From NCBI GenBank assembly GCA_015520605.1, contig WAPT01000008.1, positions 1 through 23,187 on the forward strand: 23,187 bases of DNA, given 5' to 3'. The translations under genes were made by a program, and so were the position numbers. Below, piece by piece: positions 18,359 through 23,187 of this stretch. This stretch comes from Nanobdellati archaeon (GTDB taxonomy: Archaea; EX4484-52; WAPT01). The notes below the pieces were generated by a model. It was not told the origin of the DNA, searched no databases, and saw nothing but the letters and a program-made list of their open reading frames with translations. Position 1 is the stretch's first letter. Every line of letters starts with the position of its first letter.

Positions 18359-19189
18359 TTATTCAAGCTCCAGCTCCTCCGCTTGGTTCCACAGTATTTC
18401 AAATACGCTATGTGCAAAATTGCTGGCGAAGTGCTCGGATCCCGTCCACAGAGAGACCTCCTGCGAGGGATGCGTGTCCTCCCCGCTGAGTGTCACGATC
18501 GCTTCCTTGCCATCAGCGAGAAACATCTTTGCATACGGCACCTTCGGTATCCTGTCGTGAAGAGAATTTAGATCCTTTATCTCCGCAACATTCTTGAGAA
18601 TTTCTGCTGCCCTTCTGTTTGTCTCCGTGATGGGAGCGAGAATTCTTATGCGAACACCATTATCTGCCGCTCTCTGAAGCACACCGGAGTGCACGTTAAC
18701 CAGTTCTTTGAGGCCCTCTTCCGTTGTTATTATGTCCAATGTTTTTTCAGCTGATTTGGCCATGTTCTCAAAGCGCTGGTAAAGAGCGTACCTTCCCTTA
18801 AGAGAACCTGTTAAGTCAGCGGGCTCGACAAGGCTCACGCCCTGAGAATACAGATTCTTCAGTTCAACGAATGCATCACTGGACTTGAACTCCTCTATTC
18901 TGCTAACCATCTCCCGAAGGTCCTCGTGAAGTCTCGCCTTGATCCTTTCCAGAGCTTCTTCCGGATCAACAGCAACGTATTTTATAGGTTTGGAATGCTG
19001 AATGATCACAAATCCCTTTTCAGCAAGGGACTCAAGAACATCGTAAGTTCTCGATCTTGGTACATTTGCCATCTCGGCGAGTTCTCCTGCCGTGGCGGCT
19101 CCACGAGCAAGAAGGGCGGCATAAAGCTTTCTCTCATAGAGATTAAGACCCAACATTTTCAATGCGTCCATGGTCTTTCTGCTGATCAT
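18359..19189 (-). CDS. TrmB-family transcriptional regulator
   Basis: LGLNLYERKLYAALL..G.ATAGELA...NVPRSRTYDVLESLAEKGF wHTH, followed by C-terminal effector-type domain. Confidence 0.92.
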   Translation of the reverse strand: MISRKTMDALKMLGLNLYERKLYAALLARGAATAGELAEMANVPRSRTYDVLESLAEKGFVIIQHSKPIKYVAVDPEEALERIKARLHEDLREMVSRIEEFKSSDAFVELKNLYSQGVSLVEPADLTGSLKGRYALYQRFENMAKSAEKTLDIITTEEGLKELVNVHSGVLQRAADNGVRIRILAPITETNRRAAEILKNVAEIKDLNSLHDRIPKVPYAKMFLADGKEAIVTLSGEDTHPSQEVSLWTGSEHFASNFAHSVFEILWNQAEELELE

Positions 19190-19401
19190 CCAATCACCAA
19201 TCTGTGTTTTGTTACTTATTAAGCTGTGATGAATCTATATAAAGATTACTTTTGGGTGGTGCCGTTATGAGGTTTCGTGCTGGATTTTTAGCATGGCATG
19301 TTTTTAAACGTTTCGTTTTCATCACCATAAAGTAAAAAATGTGTTGGATGGACAACCATACCCGCTTTTGTTTTTCAATTCCGAAAATAAGGATTGAAAA
19401 T

Positions 19402-21408
19402 TCACTTACTGACATTACTGCCACCGCCTTCATCCCTGTGCCTCTGGACTCTATAGAGATATTCTATTCTCTGAAGCGTGTCTATCTCCTCCACACTCTT
19501 GTCCGTGCGGAGCCTCACAAATCTTGGAAATCTGAGGGCGTATCCCGAAGTGTAGTGGGGCGATTTCTGGATTTCCTCATAAGTGACCTCAACCGCTATT
19601 TTTGGAATCACCTCAACCTCCTTGCCCTTTTCCTTAACTATCAGAGGTTTGAGAAGCCGGGTCATCTCTTCATAAGTGGTGCCCTCCTCGCTCTTCTCTT
19701 TCAAACCAGTTGACATCTTACCGATGGTGAGAAGCTCTCCGGTATCTTCATCACGACACGCAAGGATGTAAGAGGTAAGCCAGCCGGAGCGCTTACCCTC
19801 TCCCCATTCCGCACCCACGATCACAAGATCAAGGGTCTCAAGCGTGGTTTTGAGCTTGACCATATGACCGACTCTAACTCCGGGTTTATAAGCTGCATCG
19901 AGGTTTTTGAACATAACCCCCTCGTTACCCAAAGAGAGTGCTTCCTCAAAGAAGCGCTGCGCCTCCTCATCCTTGTCCGTTATTATCTGCTTTGCGAGAA
20001 CCATTTCGTAGGGCTTTTCCTCAACTATCTTTGCAAGAAGGGTTCTTCTCTCTTTGAAGGGTAAGTCGATTGTGAGCTTACCATCCAGATAAATTATATC
20101 GAAAAGGTTTGTCATTGTCGGTATCTCTTTCATCATTTTTTCTATATCGTACTTCCTCCTTATTCTTCTCGAGATCTTCTGGAAGGGCAGCCACTTCTTT
20201 GTCTCTTTATCATAACCTATCGTCTCTCCCTCAACCACACATTGATTTGCTTTTATACATTCCCTCACAGCCTTGACAACGTCCGGGAACTGTCTGGTAA
20301 CGTCCTCCAACCTCCTCGTGAAGATCTTAACCTTATCCCCGTCCTTGTGTACCTGCACCCTGAAACCGTCATACTTATACTCCAGGGCTGCCGGTCTGCC
20401 AACAGTGCTGAATGCCTCCCTGATTGAGTAAGCTCTCTGTGCAAGCATCACCCTTATCGGGCGGAAGAGTACGAGGCTCACATTCCTCAAGCCTTCCTCC
20501 CCTTCATTTTTGGCAACCACTGCGACGTGAGCAAGATCATTGGTGAGAGCGAACGCCCTTTCAAGCAAATCTATAATTTTCTGTTTCATCTCCGAGCCCT
20601 TCTCCGCTGAAACAAGGATGATCATATCCACATTGCTCTTTTTCTTCCACAGGCTTTCGAGCTTTTCTATTTCCTCCCGTTCAACCAGCTTAACCTCGTT
20701 GTTTTCCATGAACCGCCTGAGCTTCAGCGAACTTAACCGGCCGAGAGTTATATATGCTGGCTTTTCTATCCACACCCTCCTACCTTTTTCCTCAAAAATC
20801 AAGTCGTATCTACTCTTTCCTTCACCACACGGCTGGGCAAGCAGCGCTTCCCAGATTACGTCTGTAAAGTACGCCTTAGCTATGGCATCCCTAACTATAC
20901 CCTCTGCCACACCAACGCGGAGGTCTCCGAGCACGGTTCTAACTATGTACTTAGCCTCTTTTGAGGTCGCATGGATCAAAAGTTCCGATACATACATTAT
21001 CTTTCTCTCCTGTGAACCCTCTCCTTCAGCCTCAGCAGCCTTTTTGAGGTTATCGTACACCTTTTCAACCGTTAAGTCTCTCTGGAAGAGTGTTACCTGT
21101 CTTTTTCTGGTTGCTATCTCCTCAACTATGAGGCCGAGGTCGCCTTTTTCTTTCCATTTTGCCTCTATGTTCTCCTCACTCACGCCATATGCTCGAGATA
21201 TTGCTCTGATGGTCAGCTTTGTTGCCACACCTATTTCTTCCTCACTCCATGGGGGAAACACGGTACCCATTACCAAAAGGAGTGCTTTTCTGAGTAATGT
21301 GTCATTATCTATTTTTTCCAGAAATCTGGCCAATATTTCCGTTTTTCTTATTTTGGATGAGGTGGTTGCCAGCTGATCGTAAAGATCCACAAGCTCCGTG
21401 TACTTCAT
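19402..21408 (-). CDS. lig: ATP-dependent DNA ligase with ~95-aa insertion
   Basis: EYKYDGFRVQVH (motif I), EGE, FDIIY, EGVMFK, KLK, LDLVIVGAEWGEGKR, ALRFPRFVRLR. Confidence 0.96.
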   Translation of the reverse strand: MKYTELVDLYDQLATTSSKIRKTEILARFLEKIDNDTLLRKALLLVMGTVFPPWSEEEIGVATKLTIRAISRAYGVSEENIEAKWKEKGDLGLIVEEIATRKRQVTLFQRDLTVEKVYDNLKKAAEAEGEGSQERKIMYVSELLIHATSKEAKYIVRTVLGDLRVGVAEGIVRDAIAKAYFTDVIWEALLAQPCGEGKSRYDLIFEEKGRRVWIEKPAYITLGRLSSLKLRRFMENNEVKLVEREEIEKLESLWKKKSNVDMIILVSAEKGSEMKQKIIDLLERAFALTNDLAHVAVVAKNEGEEGLRNVSLVLFRPIRVMLAQRAYSIREAFSTVGRPAALEYKYDGFRVQVHKDGDKVKIFTRRLEDVTRQFPDVVKAVRECIKANQCVVEGETIGYDKETKKWLPFQKISRRIRRKYDIEKMMKEIPTMTNLFDIIYLDGKLTIDLPFKERRTLLAKIVEEKPYEMVLAKQIITDKDEEAQRFFEEALSLGNEGVMFKNLDAAYKPGVRVGHMVKLKTTLETLDLVIVGAEWGEGKRSGWLTSYILACRDEDTGELLTIGKMSTGLKEKSEEGTTYEEMTRLLKPLIVKEKGKEVEVIPKIAVEVTYEEIQKSPHYTSGYALRFPRFVRLRTDKSVEEIDTLQRIEYLYRVQRHRDEGGGSNVSK

Positions 21409-21454
21409 ACAAAAGAGATTGTAGAAAGAATTTTAAATAGTTTCAACAACGCAT

Positions 21455-22309
21455 TCACTTCTTCCCGCTTTTTCTTGCTTTTTCGTTGTTATCCCCTTTC
21501 ACCAAGTATTTTATCGTATCGAACGGTACCAAGAATATCACTTTCTGGTTCGGATCGGATGAGATGTCGGCAAGCGTGTGCAGAGTTCTCAGCTGCAGGG
21601 CTGCTGGTGTTTTTGAGATCAGCTCGCTCGCCTTAGCCAAGTTTTCGGCAGCCTTTATCTCACCCTCAGACTTTATTATGATCGCTCTTCTTTCCCTTTC
21701 GGCCTCGGCCTGTCTGGCCATCGCTCTTCTCATCTCTTCAGGCAACTCAATATCCTGAAGCCTCACACCTGTAACATCAATCCCCCACTTATCTGTTATT
21801 TCATCAACTATTTTCCTTATTTCTTCAGCCACTTCTTCTCGTTTCTGCAGGATCTCGTCAAGCTCTTTACCGCCAATAATGTCCCTAAGAACCGTCTGTG
21901 AGTACATCATGGTCGCGTACTTAAAATCTCTAACGTTCAGCACGGATTTATCCGGATACTGGACTCTGAAAAAAACCGTCGCATTAATCTTGACCGGAAC
22001 GTTATCTTTGGTTATGACTTCTTGCTTCGGTAAATCTATTGTCTGAATTCTTGTGTCTATTTTGCGCAGCGACTGAATTATGGGCGCAACCCAAACGAGA
22101 CCGGCATTGAGTAACCCTTTATACTTACCTAAAGTAAAAAGAACTCCTGTCTCGTACTGGTAAATTATTCTGATGCCGGCAAGGGTGTATAGAACGATAA
22201 AAATCCCCACAATCGTCCAGACAACCCCTCTAACACCGAAGATCAGCGCAGCTCCAACCAGCAGTAAAATTACAAGAACACTTATCTGAAGTGTGTTTTT
22301 ATATGCCAT
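21455..22309 (-). CDS. SPFH/band 7 (slipin, stomatin-like) membrane protein
   Basis: N-terminal TM; PKQEVITKDNVPVKINA, WGIDV..V.LQDIELP, AMARQAEAERERRA. Confidence 0.94.
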   Translation of the reverse strand: MAYKNTLQISVLVILLLVGAALIFGVRGVVWTIVGIFIVLYTLAGIRIIYQYETGVLFTLGKYKGLLNAGLVWVAPIIQSLRKIDTRIQTIDLPKQEVITKDNVPVKINATVFFRVQYPDKSVLNVRDFKYATMMYSQTVLRDIIGGKELDEILQKREEVAEEIRKIVDEITDKWGIDVTGVRLQDIELPEEMRRAMARQAEAERERRAIIIKSEGEIKAAENLAKASELISKTPAALQLRTLHTLADISSDPNQKVIFLVPFDTIKYLVKGDNNEKARKSGKK

Positions 22310-22384
22310 AGCTTTTAGCTTGGCATTAAAAATTTATATAATTTTTTATATAATTTTGTAAAAGGTCCACAAGCTGGAGTTGAA

Positions 22385-22512
22385 CCGTAGTTTTACCTTT
22401 ATTAGGCTCTCTGGAACAATTTGAGGGTGTTGATGAGGCATTATGAGCTTGAGGAGTTGAGGGAGAAGGTTAAATATGTTATTATTTTAGTGGAAATTTT
22501 TAGACACGCCCT
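22385..22512 (+). mobile_element. Possible remnant of an IS right end (IS5-like)
   Basis: Degenerate coding-like fragment (ALWNNLRVLMRHYELEELREKV) ending in TTTTTAGACACGCCC, which resembles some IS5-family termini from memory; no partner end in the window. Confidence 0.25.
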
Positions 22513-22904
22513 CTGCAAAAGGAAAAATTGTATCTAATTCCACCAATCACTTCTTCTTATCTTATTCGTTATTATCTTCGCATTGTTGCTGGAGCAAGAA
22601 TTTCGACAGATCAACTCTTCTGTTTCAACATCCACCACACCACAAATGAAGTAGAATTACTAAAGATTGTTTACCTTTATTTTTAGAATTTTTCTTTTCC
22701 CAGCACATAGTTCAGAGCTCTTCTGAACCTCATAACTTATTTGTGTACTGAAGATTTACCTTTGTTCACGACCTTGCCTATTCTTCTCATACTCAATCCC
22801 CGAGGAAATGGGGCGAGAGCGGTGAGTTTTGTCCTGGATTGTGTTGTGTTTTGCTCTATTTAAATGCTTCGGACAACCCGTTTAAAATAACACGCTATTC
22901 ACAA

Positions 22905-22955
22905 GGTATCACCTCCCCTGCTGTGTATCTGGTGAGATGTGTAGGAGGTGATGCC
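22905..22955 (+). ncRNA. Putative structured RNA hairpin
   Basis: GGTATCACCTC/GAGGTGATGCC outer stem plus CTGTGTATCT/AGATGTGTAG inner stem with G-U pairs; TTTAAAAT at 22881. Confidence 0.4.
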
Positions 22956-23043
22956 CTCTCAAATTAATTTCGCTTGATTTAGTGCGCTATTCCAAATTTA
23001 ATCACGAAGTCTCCCGCATTAGGAAGAAAGAAGAAGTTGTCCA

Positions 23044-23091
23044 GCGGGTGCGTTCGGATGTAATCAAGAAAGGGGAGATGAACGCACCCGC
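23044..23091. terminator. Perfect 12-bp inverted repeat downstream of a minus-strand gene
   Basis: GCGGGTGCGTTC-N24-GAACGCACCCGC, 16 nt past the stop at 23108, followed on the minus strand by a pyrimidine tract. Confidence 0.5.
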
Positions 23092-23107
23092 AGCTCCTAT
23101 GAGAAGA

Positions 23108-23187
23108 TCAGTGCTTTATGATTTCTATGCCCAGCGCCTCACCGAGGCTCTTTTTCTCCAGCTCCTCTGCAGCTTCTGATGGGCCAA
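23108..23187 (-). CDS. C-terminal end of an unidentified protein (window-truncated)
   Basis: Reads GPSEAAEELEKKSLGEALGIEIIKH*, with codon and amino-acid style like the neighbouring genes. Confidence 0.55.
   Translation of the reverse strand, partial: GPSEAAEELEKKSLGEALGIEIIKH

Noticed and set aside
20575-20862. Intein in DNA ligase
   Set aside because: No Cys/Ser at the insert start, no His-Asn end before Cys/Ser/Thr, and no LAGLIDADG motifs.
20540-21376. 278-aa plus-strand ORF
   Set aside because: Antisense shadow of the DNA ligase; Ser/Phe/Leu-rich with no motifs.
22333-22357. Tandem TTTATATAATTTT duplication
   Set aside because: Low-complexity AT sequence at the SPFH promoter; best explained as TATA context.
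22982-23179. 65-aa plus-strand ORF
   Set aside because: Runs through the inverted repeat and overlaps the more protein-like minus-strand gene end; no properly spaced SD.
1-23187. CRISPR array, tRNA or rRNA genes
   Set aside because: No regularly spaced direct repeats or cloverleaf motifs seen by eye; the ATCACCTCC at 22908 is isolated and not part of a 16S gene.

Overview
Archaeal genomic window (rps6e, aIF2-gamma, gatB, trmY, ATP-dependent DNA ligase, TATA-box promoters); the gene set and style suggest a DPANN-type or otherwise poorly sampled archaeon, which is inference only. The main highlight is a contiguous six-gene minus-strand unit (4151-9017): nrdR, class II (B12-dependent) ribonucleotide reductase, a CobO/BtuR adenosyltransferase with a Cys-rich insertion, an AP-endonuclease-2-type TIM barrel (CbiR-like candidate), a DUF1858 CxxC protein and a ferredoxin. 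It is preceded by an archaeal TATA box and two bacterial-type NrdR boxes 32 bp apart, and reads as a self-contained module for cobamide salvage/activation and dNTP synthesis. Also present: a Tad/type IV pilus ATPase with two TadB/C genes, a decaying island (ASCH pseudogene and GNAT-ABC ATPase pseudogene), an exosortase/archaeosortase, a 41-aa desulforedoxin-like microprotein absent from the ORF track, a TrmB regulator, a DNA ligase with a ~95-aa insertion, an SPFH protein, and two strong hairpins in the final intergenic region.
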